DNA of 64,000 nt from Micavibrio sp. (GTDB lineage Bacteria; Pseudomonadota; Alphaproteobacteria; UBA2400): assembly GCA_040376705.1 (NCBI GenBank), contig JBEIQE010000005.1:64156-128155 (forward strand). Direction: 5' to 3'. A program made the translations under genes and the position numbers. Below are positions 48,401-57,586 of the stretch, one piece after another. Each line of letters starts with the position of its first letter. The stretch's first letter is position 1. A model generated the notes under the pieces. That model searched no databases. It was given only the letters and a program-made list of their open reading frames with translations, and was not told the DNA's origin.

Positions 48401-49885
48401 TTAGACGAGTGCGGGCTGTGCCTTAGGCGCGGTAAGTGCCTTGTTCAGGGCAATCATCTCGGCCTCGGTCTTGGCGATAACCACCGCACGGTAGCTGATA
48501 TGGTTGCCACCTGTGGGCACATCGACTACCGCCGGCACAATACCGGTATAACCGCTTTCAGCACCACGATAGAGGTTCTTGCCAAGGTGTTCCGCCACAA
48601 CTTCAAACGCATCGGTGCAGCCTTCAGGCAACGGCAGCTTGCAGCCCTTCGAGAAGGCATGCGGACGCTGGCCCAGATGCTGCTCGGCCTTATGCGCCAG
48701 GCCCAGCAGCGGCGATGCGCCTGAAAGGCGGGTATTGATGTCGTTCATATAAGCGCTCACCGTGCCGTCGGCATTCTCAACCGCAATGGCGTTCACGCTG
48801 ATATAACCGCGGTAGCCATCCTTGTGCATACGCTGCATCAGCTTGTCGGCTGCAATTTCAGTTGGCGTAACTACACGCTCATCTGCTGCCTGCGGCAAGC
48901 GGCTGCCCATATAATGGCCGTTCTGGGTTGAGAGCACGGTGTTTTCAACATGGGTTACGCCCTTGTCACCGATAATCGCTTTCACGCCCACATCGTCGAT
49001 CTTGCCAATCACACCGGGCAGTTTGCCCACATCCACTTCCATCACAATCGGCATGAAGCGCTGAATACCTTTAAACGGATTCTGCGGATCAATCTTGGCA
49101 GTGTTATCGGCAAAGAAACCGCAATCCTGATAGGCCTTGGCAATTTCGCCAAAGGCTTCCATCAGCGAATCTGGGGTTGCATCAGGCTTGCTGATTACGC
49201 CCTGACCGCCCGAAAGCGAGGTGGGCTTGATCCAGACTTTGGTGGTCTCGGGATCGATGCCCTTCTTGAGCATCATGGCGCGGAACTTTCCAGCCTTGGC
49301 GAAAATATCCTTCGGGTCTTCAATCACAACACCGGGGGGCGCGTCAAAGCCCTCTTCAACCGACGTCTGGTGCAGGTATTCCTTACCCACAAACTTGAGG
49401 AAGGTTGAGTTGCTCATCAGCACGCTGGCACCAGTTTTTTCAGCCAGGGCTTCAACCTCTTCGGTTACATACGAGTTGACGATAACCTTACCCTTCAGCA
49501 GGTTCTGGGTTTCAGGCGTATGTGCGGTTGATAGCAGCGCTGTGATAATCGACGCCTCAGGATAGCGGCGGCCCTCAGCAACTGGCTCAATCGCCTTAAG
49601 CGTGCCGCCCTCGGCCAGATAGGTTGAGACATATTGCTGCTGCGCGCGGGTGAGCGGGAAGTGCAGCGCCACGCTTTGCGGGCCAGACATGGCCAGCGTA
49701 TAAGCGGTTGAAACACCTTCAAGGTCGTCAGTCGCGGTCATGCGCCAGGTTGCGCCCTTGGGGTCAACCACCAGCGAATTGATGAAGACAGCATCAGCGG
49801 GCTGCAGGCCCAGATGCTCGGCATAGCTCGCAAAGCCATTAGCCAGATTACCGCGGGTCCATTTGAATTGATGAGGTGTGGTCAT
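48401..49885 (-). CDS. Divergent ATP-grasp ligase (PGM1/pre-ATP-grasp-like)
   Basis: VWIKPTSLSGGQGV, GYRGYISVNAI, MNDINTRLSGASP. Confidence 0.72.
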   Translation of the reverse strand: MTTPHQFKWTRGNLANGFASYAEHLGLQPADAVFINSLVVDPKGATWRMTATDDLEGVSTAYTLAMSGPQSVALHFPLTRAQQQYVSTYLAEGGTLKAIEPVAEGRRYPEASIITALLSTAHTPETQNLLKGKVIVNSYVTEEVEALAEKTGASVLMSNSTFLKFVGKEYLHQTSVEEGFDAPPGVVIEDPKDIFAKAGKFRAMMLKKGIDPETTKVWIKPTSLSGGQGVISKPDATPDSLMEAFGEIAKAYQDCGFFADNTAKIDPQNPFKGIQRFMPIVMEVDVGKLPGVIGKIDDVGVKAIIGDKGVTHVENTVLSTQNGHYMGSRLPQAADERVVTPTEIAADKLMQRMHKDGYRGYISVNAIAVENADGTVSAYMNDINTRLSGASPLLGLAHKAEQHLGQRPHAFSKGCKLPLPEGCTDAFEVVAEHLGKNLYRGAESGYTGIVPAVVDVPTGGNHISYRAVVIAKTEAEMIALNKALTAPKAQPALV

Positions 49886-50000
49886 TTTTTCTCTCGCAAA
49901 TACAGGTGTTAAAATAAAAAGCCCTAAGCTGTTTAAAGCGGGTTAGCCCCTTGGAATTTGCCTGTATTTTGGAAAAAATGGTCAGCCAGATCCTTCGGGA

Positions 50001-50045
50001 TTACCCGCGGATTCGTCGTCGCAAAGACTTGGCCTGATTCAACAT
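50001..50045 (-). CDS. Putative Arg-rich leader peptide MLNQAKSLRRRIRG
   Basis: ATG TTG AAT CAG GCC AAG TCT TTG CGA CGA CGA ATC CGC GGG TAA, ending 115 bp upstream of the ATP-grasp gene. Confidence 0.65.
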   Translation of the reverse strand: MLNQAKSLRRRIRG

Positions 50046-50051
50046 GTTTCC

Positions 50052-50081
50052 CTTATACATTCGGTAGAGCCGGATTCACAA
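50052..50081 (-). promoter_or_regulatory. Promoter for the leader peptide (leaderless geometry)
   Basis: TTGTGA-N18-TATAAG-N6-ATG. Confidence 0.55.
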
Positions 50082-50112
50082 TATAAAATCTCTAAAATTC
50101 AAACATTAATAT

Positions 50113-50622
50113 TCAAAGCTGTATGGCCGCGTAATCGAGCACGCTCAAACCACGTGGCGTAATCACCGCCACTGTCGCTCTGGTTACATGACCAAACTGC
50201 AAGCTGGGCGGGGCTAAATACTCATGCGCCAGCAGATTATCGAAAATCGCTGCCGCGCGTGCCGGGCCCACATGACACGCGCCAAAACCAGCCGCGACCA
50301 GGCCTTCGCTATGCGCTGTCTGCAAAATGGCTTTGGCTGCAGCCTGAATAACAAGGTCAGGATTACGGCCCATCAGCATATCGGCCATTGCCTCGCCAGC
50401 TACGGTCAGCTGATAGCCCATCATGCTCTGGCCGTGTTCCTTCATACCTGCAAGCTGCACCAGCCTGCCGTATTCCAGCGCAGCAATCGCCTCTTCAAAC
50501 CCAACACCGCGAGGTGCATAAGCGGCATAGGTAGCGCGCAGGTCATCGCCGCTCATGCAGCCGTTTTTATTCAGCGCAATCGGCTCGACAATGGCAAGAG
50601 TGGCTTTCACGAGATCGCGCAT
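50113..50622 (-). CDS. Hypothetical tandem winged-helix-like protein
   Basis: Two wing motifs YQLTVAGEAMAD and ITPRGLSVL; paralog of the upstream gene. Confidence 0.65.
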   Translation of the reverse strand: MRDLVKATLAIVEPIALNKNGCMSGDDLRATYAAYAPRGVGFEEAIAALEYGRLVQLAGMKEHGQSMMGYQLTVAGEAMADMLMGRNPDLVIQAAAKAILQTAHSEGLVAAGFGACHVGPARAAAIFDNLLAHEYLAPPSLQFGHVTRATVAVITPRGLSVLDYAAIQL

Positions 50623-50634
50623 CAGGCTGGCTCC

Positions 50635-51108
50635 TTAACCGGCATAACTGCATTTTTGCATGACTGCCTGCCCAAGCTGGGTCAGGCGGTATGTACGGCC
50701 CAAATGTAACTGTTCAACATAGGCATGCTCGGTAAGGCTGGAGATAATACCATTATGGCGCGCCGGTCCGATATGAGTTGGCCTGATGTTTCCCGGGTGC
50801 TCACCAAAGGCAACTCCCTGGAGGATTCGTACGGCAGCATCCATCTCGAATAGCTTGATCTGATGAGCAGAAAGACCGCGGAAGCTATCAGCCATGCGCT
50901 CGCCTTTGGTGCTGAGCATGACCTTATCCTTGGCGGTATTGGGCTTGATCGCGCCAATCTGGTGCAGCTGAATGACGGCGGCGTCAAACACCTCCATGGG
51001 CTGACCGGATACCTTGGCGATGCGCAACATGACGGCAGGCGAGACAGCTGCCCCAGTAATAGCCATTCTCTCGATGATATGACGGGCCATCAGTTCCTGA
51101 GGGATCAT
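50635..51108 (-). CDS. Hypothetical tandem winged-helix-like protein
   Basis: MLSTKGERMAD, HIGPAR, YRLTQLGQAVM; GGAG RBS. Confidence 0.65.
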   Translation of the reverse strand: MIPQELMARHIIERMAITGAAVSPAVMLRIAKVSGQPMEVFDAAVIQLHQIGAIKPNTAKDKVMLSTKGERMADSFRGLSAHQIKLFEMDAAVRILQGVAFGEHPGNIRPTHIGPARHNGIISSLTEHAYVEQLHLGRTYRLTQLGQAVMQKCSYAG

Positions 51109-51251
51109 GTGCTCTGCTCCACATTTGAATTTGAATGTGAAGTTAAATTACCAAACATGCAGGGTTTGGCGCAAACACTATTAAGTGCTGTTAACCTTAA
51201 CGAGATTTAGTAAGTCGTTCGGCTGACGGCAAAACCAGTTAGCTCAATGAG

Positions 51252-53687
51252 TTACCTTGCACTATCACCCGGCACGAGGATCTCGCGCTTACCTACATGG
51301 TTGGAAGGACCCACGAGGCCTTCCTGCTCCATGCGCTCAATCAGGCGGGCGGCACGATTGTACCCAATCTGCAGGCAGCGCTGAATGTAACTGGTAGTGG
51401 CCTTGCGCTCACGCAGCACAATCTGCACCGCCTGATCATAAAGCGCATCGCCCGAACCATCGCCGCCACCATCCACACCGGGCATGCCGAAGCTCTCTTC
51501 TTCTTCCTTGGTCACATCTTCAAGGTAGCTGGGCTCGCCCTGTGTCTTGAGGTGGCGTACCACGGTTTCAACTTCATGATCTGATGCAAACGGGCCGTGT
51601 ACGCGGGTAATGCGCCCACCGCCAGCCATGAACAGCATATCGCCCTGACCCAGCAGCTGCTCGGCACCCTGCTCACCCAAAATGGTGCGGCTGTCGATCT
51701 TGCTAGTCACCTGGAATGACATACGGGTAGGGAAGTTGGCTTTAATGGTACCGGTGATAACGTCAACCGACGGACGCTGCGTGGCCATGATGAGGTGGAT
51801 ACCCGCCGCACGCGCCATCTGCGCCAAACGCTGAATGGCGGCTTCAATATCCTTACCCGCAACCAGCATGAGGTCGGCCATTTCGTCGACCACCACTACG
51901 ATGTAGGGCAGCTCGGTGAGATCCATCGGCTGGTCTTCAAACACCGGCTTGCCGGTATCACTATCAAACCCGGTCTGCACACGGCGGGTGAGCACTTCGC
52001 CCTTGGCGCGGACATCCCTAATACGTTCGTTATAACCATCGATGTTACGCACGCCCAGCTTGGCCATGGCGCGGTAGCGGTCTTCCATTTCGCGCACGGT
52101 CCACTTGAGCGCGACCACGGCCTTCTTCGGCTCGGTTACAACCGGTGCCAGCAAATGCGGGATGCCCTCGTAGATGCTGAGTTCAAGCATCTTGGGGTCG
52201 ACCATGATAAAGCGCACCTGCTCGGGCGTGAGCTTATAGAGCAGGGAGAGGATCATGGTGTTGATCGAAACCGACTTACCCGAACCCGTGGTACCCGCCA
52301 CCAGCAAATGTGGCATACGGGCCAAGTCGGCTACCATCGGCTCACCGCTGATGTCTTTACCCAAAGCCAGCGGCAGCTTGGCCGGGCCCTTGGTATAAGA
52401 GGGGTGTGCCAGCAGCTCGCGCAAGTAAACTGTCTCGCGTTTCTTGTTCGGCAGCTCGATACCCAGCACATTGCGGCCCGGTACAGTGGCAACACGTACC
52501 GAAATTGCACTCATCTGGCGGGCGATATCATCAGACAGGCCAATCACGCGGGCAGACTTGGTACCCGGCGCGGGCTCAAGCTCGTAAAGTGTAACAACCG
52601 GGCCTTGTGAGCCCTTAAGGATTTTACCCTCAACGCCAAAGTCGCCCAGCACACCCACGAGGTCTTGGGCGGTTTCGCTGATCTGCGCTTCGCTCTGTTT
52701 GGGGCCGCCTTTATCAGGCGTGGCCAGAACCTCGAGCGAGGGGAACTCGTACCGGCCATAAGCGGTATTCACAGCCTTGCGCTTGCGTTCGGCGGTGGCG
52801 GCCACCTTCTTGGGGCGCTCAGCCGTGCGGCCACCGGCCAGCGGCAGCTCTTCGGCCACTTCGTCTTCTTCCTCATCCACCTCAAAGCTTTCGGCTTCGG
52901 CATCAGCAGGGGTGTCATCCATATTGCGTTCGGTGAGCAGCGGACGCTTCTTGCGGCGGATGGGGGCTGCCACTTCTTCAGCATCATCATCCTTACGGCG
53001 AAGCTTCACAATAAAGGCCATCACCATGGCAACAGCACTTACAGCCAGCCAGCGCAGGGTCTTGAGCAGGCGTAGGCCACCCGTACCCCACTGCCCGTAT
53101 GAGAAGCCCATAGCCGGGAAGAGCATAACAGCCGCGACCACCGCGCACAGGCCCGCAGGCCAGGCCGCCGAAAAGCCTTTCCAGGCGCCGGGTAAACTGC
53201 TGGTCACGATATCGAGCAGGAACAAGCCCACAGCACCGCCGGTTTGCGCGCCATAAGGCCAAGCGCCAAATTCAGGCAGGCCAGCAAAAGCCGCTGCCGC
53301 AAGGAAAGTAGCAACAACGGTAAAGCCAATGCGCCAGCCGATGAACGGCAACGGCTGCTTGAGCAGCAGGCGCAGGCCCCAACTACCAATCATGATGGCA
53401 GGAATAAACGCAGCAATACCAAGCGACTGCGCCATGAGGTCGGCAAAGTAACTGCCCGAGGTGCCCAGCCAGTTGAGGGCATTCACATTCTCGCTTGCCG
53501 TATTATATGACGGATCGGCCGGGTTATAGGTAAGTAGCGCTACACATATAAGTATAGCGGTGATGACCAACGCAGCACCCATACCCTCGTACAAGCGACG
53601 GCGCAGGAACGCCGCCACCAAAGGAGGGAAGAGAGGGGGCCGCCCATCCTGCGAGGATGCGGCATAACGGGAACTGGTATATGTCAT
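51252..53687 (-). CDS. ftsK: DNA translocase FtsK
   Basis: N-terminal TMs, [27 protein letters not shown], gamma domain [11 protein letters not shown]. Confidence 0.98.
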   Translation of the reverse strand: MTYTSSRYAASSQDGRPPLFPPLVAAFLRRRLYEGMGAALVITAILICVALLTYNPADPSYNTASENVNALNWLGTSGSYFADLMAQSLGIAAFIPAIMIGSWGLRLLLKQPLPFIGWRIGFTVVATFLAAAAFAGLPEFGAWPYGAQTGGAVGLFLLDIVTSSLPGAWKGFSAAWPAGLCAVVAAVMLFPAMGFSYGQWGTGGLRLLKTLRWLAVSAVAMVMAFIVKLRRKDDDAEEVAAPIRRKKRPLLTERNMDDTPADAEAESFEVDEEEDEVAEELPLAGGRTAERPKKVAATAERKRKAVNTAYGRYEFPSLEVLATPDKGGPKQSEAQISETAQDLVGVLGDFGVEGKILKGSQGPVVTLYELEPAPGTKSARVIGLSDDIARQMSAISVRVATVPGRNVLGIELPNKKRETVYLRELLAHPSYTKGPAKLPLALGKDISGEPMVADLARMPHLLVAGTTGSGKSVSINTMILSLLYKLTPEQVRFIMVDPKMLELSIYEGIPHLLAPVVTEPKKAVVALKWTVREMEDRYRAMAKLGVRNIDGYNERIRDVRAKGEVLTRRVQTGFDSDTGKPVFEDQPMDLTELPYIVVVVDEMADLMLVAGKDIEAAIQRLAQMARAAGIHLIMATQRPSVDVITGTIKANFPTRMSFQVTSKIDSRTILGEQGAEQLLGQGDMLFMAGGGRITRVHGPFASDHEVETVVRHLKTQGEPSYLEDVTKEEEESFGMPGVDGGGDGSGDALYDQAVQIVLRERKATTSYIQRCLQIGYNRAARLIERMEQEGLVGPSNHVGKREILVPGDSAR

Positions 53688-53768
53688 GTCAGGGCGTAGT
53701 TTAGCTTTTGTTCTAGAATCCGCACAAGCCGTGGTTTAGCTTGGCGCGGAGAAAAAGTGGAGATTGCC

Positions 53769-55040
53769 ATGCCGAAACGGAATAAATCGTTAACTGGAGA
53801 GTTAACTGCCGATGTAATCGTGGTGGGTGGCGGTCTGGCCGGCCTTTCGCTGACCGCGGCGCTCGGCAGTGCCGGTGTTAACGCGCTTTGTCTCGATCGT
53901 GAGACTCCAGCCGCGCAGCTGGCCGTGAAGTACGATGGCCGCACCACCGCCGTGTCCTATGCATCACAGCAAATTCTCTCGGCTATAGGCGTATGGCCAC
54001 TGGTTGAAAAAGAATCCCAGCCCATTCTCGATATCCGCGTAACGGATGGTAATTCACCCAAACACCTGCACTTCCCCTCGGGCGCCGTGAACGGCGAGCC
54101 GTTTGGCTGGATCGTGGATAACCGCGAGCTGCGCCGCGGCCTGTTCAAGCGCCTCGAAACCCTTAAAGATGCGCACCACCTTGCGCCCGCCGCGGTTAAG
54201 TCGATCAAGGCACATCCCGATTATGCTGAGGTGGTGCTCACCAATGGCGAGGTCCTCACCGCCAAGCTGATTGTAGGCGCAGATGGCAAAGACAGCCTGT
54301 GCCGCGAGCAGGCCGGCATCAAAACCCGCACCCGCGCCTATAACCAAAGCGCGATTGTATGCACCATTGCCTGCGAAAAGCCGCATGAGGGCACGGCTCT
54401 GGAGAACTTCCGCCCGGCCGGGCCTTTTGCGGTTCTGCCCATGAAGCCCTCAAGTAGCGGAGCGGTAGGGCAGAAATATATCAATAAATGCTCGATTGTC
54501 TGGTCGGACGATAATGACCTCGCCCCGCATTACCTGAAGCTTTCGGATGCCGAATTCGTGGCTGAGCTGCAGGACCGGATTGGCGATTGGCTGGGTAAAA
54601 TCACCCTCGCCTCGCCGCGCTTTGTCTACCCGCTGTCACTGCTACATGCCGCCCGCTATACCGCGCCTCGTTTGGCATTAATAAGTGAAGCTGCCCACCG
54701 CATGCACCCGATCGCGGGCCAAGGCCTTAATATTGGTATGCGCGATGTGGCCCTGCTGGCCGAACTGGTAGCCGATGCCTTACGTGAAGGTCAGGATATC
54801 GGGTCCGAGAAACTCCTCAAAACCTACGAACAGGGCCGCAAAACCGATACCATGGCCATGCTGGCGGGTACGGATGTGCTGACCCACCTGTTCTCCAACC
54901 GCTCGCCCACCCTCACCATGCTGCGCCGCACTGGTTTGGCTGGCGTTAACCGCACCACCCACCTCAAGGGCTTTTTCATGCGTTACGCCATGGGGCTGGT
55001 TGGGCCGCAAACCCGCCTAGGCCAGCGTTTACCATTATAA
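53769..55040 (+). CDS. UbiH/UbiL family FAD-dependent ubiquinone hydroxylase
   Basis: VGGGLAG, DGRTTA, GADG..S..R, EAAH.MHPIAGQGLN.G.RD. Confidence 0.92.
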   Translation: MPKRNKSLTGELTADVIVVGGGLAGLSLTAALGSAGVNALCLDRETPAAQLAVKYDGRTTAVSYASQQILSAIGVWPLVEKESQPILDIRVTDGNSPKHLHFPSGAVNGEPFGWIVDNRELRRGLFKRLETLKDAHHLAPAAVKSIKAHPDYAEVVLTNGEVLTAKLIVGADGKDSLCREQAGIKTRTRAYNQSAIVCTIACEKPHEGTALENFRPAGPFAVLPMKPSSSGAVGQKYINKCSIVWSDDNDLAPHYLKLSDAEFVAELQDRIGDWLGKITLASPRFVYPLSLLHAARYTAPRLALISEAAHRMHPIAGQGLNIGMRDVALLAELVADALREGQDIGSEKLLKTYEQGRKTDTMAMLAGTDVLTHLFSNRSPTLTMLRRTGLAGVNRTTHLKGFFMRYAMGLVGPQTRLGQRLPL

Positions 55041-55094
55041 AAGCTTGGATTCGTCGTCCAGCTGTTGTTAAGCTCCCTGCGGGAGACAACAATA

Positions 55095-55529
55095 ATGAAA
55101 CCCTTGGGCAGACGAACAGGTATGGACCTCGATAATCTCGAAAGCCGTAAGGACTCCGATATTCTGGCAAGCTTCCACGGCGTTGAGCAAGTCTATGACG
55201 AGGCTCAGTGCAAGGATGTATTCATGGCCGTCATGCAAACGCAGGGCGGTGAAGCACGCATGGTTGGCATTACCCAGATCATGGGTCTGCGCATGGCCTT
55301 CACCATGACCAGTGAAGCGAATGCCGGCAGCGCCAAGCGCTTTGCCCTCTTGCAGCAGGAAGACTTTGCCACCGAACGCGCCAATGCCGCGATTGAGCTG
55401 GCCATAGAGGCCGCCAAAGCAGGCACGGCACCTGTCATTTTAAGCGCTGAGAACTTCCCGGAGAGTGTGGTGAGCGAGAGCGCCGGTATTTTGGCCCGCT
55501 ATAAAAAGGGCAGCACATTAGGAGGCTAG
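55095..55529 (+). CDS. Hypothetical protein, paralog array member 1
   Basis: GGGAGA RBS; LASFHG...MAVMQTQGG...MVG...LLQQED. Confidence 0.72.
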   Translation: MKPLGRRTGMDLDNLESRKDSDILASFHGVEQVYDEAQCKDVFMAVMQTQGGEARMVGITQIMGLRMAFTMTSEANAGSAKRFALLQQEDFATERANAAIELAIEAAKAGTAPVILSAENFPESVVSESAGILARYKKGSTLGG

Positions 55530-55530
55530 C

Positions 55531-55971
55531 ATGGCGCACCTGAGTGATATCAAACACCGTAGTGATGATGCGCTTTATGCGCGCTTTCATGGGTTTGAGT
55601 ACGGGCCCGACAACGCTATTCTCGCGGTGATGGAACGTCACGATGGCAAGCCCGAGATGGTGGGTATGGATACGCTCTACCTCATCCATCGCAATTACGA
55701 AGAATGCAAACGCCTGCCGCATCTCACGCCCTATCGCATGAGCCTGCTCGCAAGTGAAGATGCATTGGTGTCAGATGTTGGCGCGCATATGAATGACGTG
55801 CGCATTGCCAGCTTCCCGCCTAAGCGCACAGCTACGTGCCCGACGCAGGAGTTCATCATCGCTGCGCCCAGCTTCCCTGCCAGCATTGAACAACAGGCCG
55901 CAACTGTGTGGCAGAAGTTTAGCGGCACTACACTTGCACGCACTCTCAAGCCTAATCCGGTGCATTCATGA
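55531..55971 (+). CDS. Hypothetical protein, paralog array member 2
   Basis: AGGAGG RBS; YARFHG...LAVMERHDG...MVG...LLASED. Confidence 0.78.
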   Translation: MAHLSDIKHRSDDALYARFHGFEYGPDNAILAVMERHDGKPEMVGMDTLYLIHRNYEECKRLPHLTPYRMSLLASEDALVSDVGAHMNDVRIASFPPKRTATCPTQEFIIAAPSFPASIEQQAATVWQKFSGTTLARTLKPNPVHS

Positions 55972-56372
55972 AGTTTCCGTGGCGCAAGAGTGAGCAGAAC
56001 CCGGCCGAGAAAATCGCCAGCTTTCAAGGCGTGCTTGAGGATCTCGATAAAACACCCGTCGCCATGTTTGCACTGGTGAGCGGCAAAGAGTTTGGCCTGA
56101 CCATGGAAGACCTCGGCGAGCTGGTTGAAAACCACAATGAGCTGCTCTTTCACGGCGGCGCCATGCCACCCGAGGAACGTAATGTTATCGCGCGTGAACG
56201 CCAGCTGGCCTATGACGGTGCTTTTGCGCTTTCGCGACAGTTCAACCTGCTGCTCGACGACCGCCTGCGCCCTTACGAAGCGCCCAAAGAACGCCAGCCC
56301 GGGCCGGCGCAAGCCAATGAGTATGCACAACTCATGCAGCGCCTTGCCGTTAGAAGCCTGAAGCGAGAGTAA
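55968..56372 (+). CDS. Hypothetical protein, paralog array member 3
   Basis: ATGA coupling; IASFQG...VAMF...GLTMEDLGELVENH. Confidence 0.78.
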   Translation: MKFPWRKSEQNPAEKIASFQGVLEDLDKTPVAMFALVSGKEFGLTMEDLGELVENHNELLFHGGAMPPEERNVIARERQLAYDGAFALSRQFNLLLDDRLRPYEAPKERQPGPAQANEYAQLMQRLAVRSLKRE

Positions 56373-56374
56373 TC

Positions 56375-56770
56375 ATGCCGTGGTGGAAAACCTGTGAGCA
56401 GATAGCAGCCCAGCGCCTGAACCGTTTTGTGGTTGCCACCACCGATCCGGACGAGGCCTGCATTGCCGTGTTCAAGCGCGAAGATGATGCCGATGTGGGC
56501 CTGACCATGAAGGACCTTGGCGAATTGGTGGAGCGCCATCGCGAGCGCCTTGAAAACAAGCTGACCCCACCTTCACAGCGCGAATGGATGGAGCGCGAGG
56601 TCTCGCTGGCCTTTATTGGTGCACGCCGCCTGCAGCAGGTGTTTGGCCTGCCGCTACACGAAGCCTTCACGCCGCAAACTGCACAGCCCGAGCCTGTGCT
56701 GAACGGCGATAGCGCAAAACTCTATACCGGCTTGATGCGCCGCCTTACCTCGGCTAAACCGGGTTTATGA
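56375..56770 (+). CDS. Hypothetical protein, paralog array member 4
   Basis: IAVFKREDD..VGLTMKDLGELVERH. Confidence 0.78.
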   Translation: MPWWKTCEQIAAQRLNRFVVATTDPDEACIAVFKREDDADVGLTMKDLGELVERHRERLENKLTPPSQREWMEREVSLAFIGARRLQQVFGLPLHEAFTPQTAQPEPVLNGDSAKLYTGLMRRLTSAKPGL

Positions 56771-57060
56771 GCAAAACCTACACCATCGTCGAAAAATCGC
56801 AGAACAACAGCATGGGGCCCAAGCAGTTTGGGGGCGCGGGCTGGTGGTTTGTGTTACAGGGTAAGTTTAGCGATATGGCTCCCATGTCGTTTGTCGGCCA
56901 ATTTGGCAGCGTTGTGACCAGTAACGGCCCGCAGGCTGTGGAAGTGGTCGATGCGCAGCTGCGCAACGGTGTGCTCTCGGTCAAGCTTGATGGCACCAAT
57001 GGTGAACTGCTGGACGGAGCGCTGGTAGGCCGTCAGGCCGAGCTGACCATTGGCACCTAG
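56767..57060 (+). CDS. Hypothetical beta-rich protein, 97 aa
   Basis: ATGA coupling to array member 4. Confidence 0.65.
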   Translation: MSKTYTIVEKSQNNSMGPKQFGGAGWWFVLQGKFSDMAPMSFVGQFGSVVTSNGPQAVEVVDAQLRNGVLSVKLDGTNGELLDGALVGRQAELTIGT

Positions 57061-57157
57061 CCGACACTAGACGGCACCCGAACCCTACTTGACGCTCCGC
57101 ACATTCCTGCAACAATTACCTGCATAAGCAGACCACAGAGTTTGCACAACAGGGACT

Positions 57158-57574
57158 ATGGGCATGATCGAGCAACTGGCGCGCCGCCAGCCGGGCAGCT
57201 TTTTAACTACATATGTTGACGTGGTGAGTAACAACGAGCCACGCGGCGGCATTGTGTGCATCTTCCAGCGGAGCGATAGCAAACTGGCCTTTGTGCACGA
57301 GAGCGACCTTATGCACTACGAGCGCCTGCATAACATGCTGAATGACAGTAAATGCGCGCATTTTCCGCTAGTGAAAAACTTCAACCCTGCCTGCCGGGCT
57401 GAAGCAGCGCATGAATGGATGGCGCTTGAAGCCGCCCGCGTGGGCCTGAAACACAAACGCGGGATCGACCCCTACGCCGGCCTCTCGCCTTACGATATTG
57501 CCCGCAAACTGTTCGCACGCTTGCGCAGCGGCATTCCTCCCGCCGGTTATAAAAAGCCGGAAGGGCCGGGTTAA
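57158..57574 (+). CDS. Hypothetical protein, probable distant array member 5
   Basis: IVCIFQRSDSKLAFVHESDL...H...AHE..ALEAAR. Confidence 0.65.
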   Translation: MGMIEQLARRQPGSFLTTYVDVVSNNEPRGGIVCIFQRSDSKLAFVHESDLMHYERLHNMLNDSKCAHFPLVKNFNPACRAEAAHEWMALEAARVGLKHKRGIDPYAGLSPYDIARKLFARLRSGIPPAGYKKPEGPG

Positions 57575-57586
57575 CCGGAAATACCT

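Noticed and set aside
49886-50000. Known riboswitch or T-box upstream of the ATP-grasp gene
   Set aside because: No T-box or riboswitch consensus recognised by eye; the uORF model fits better. An Rfam scan would settle it.
51181-51201. TTAA clusters here and at 43201 and 58603 as CtrA boxes
   Set aside because: Spacings are 6, 5 and 9 rather than 7; half-sites at most.
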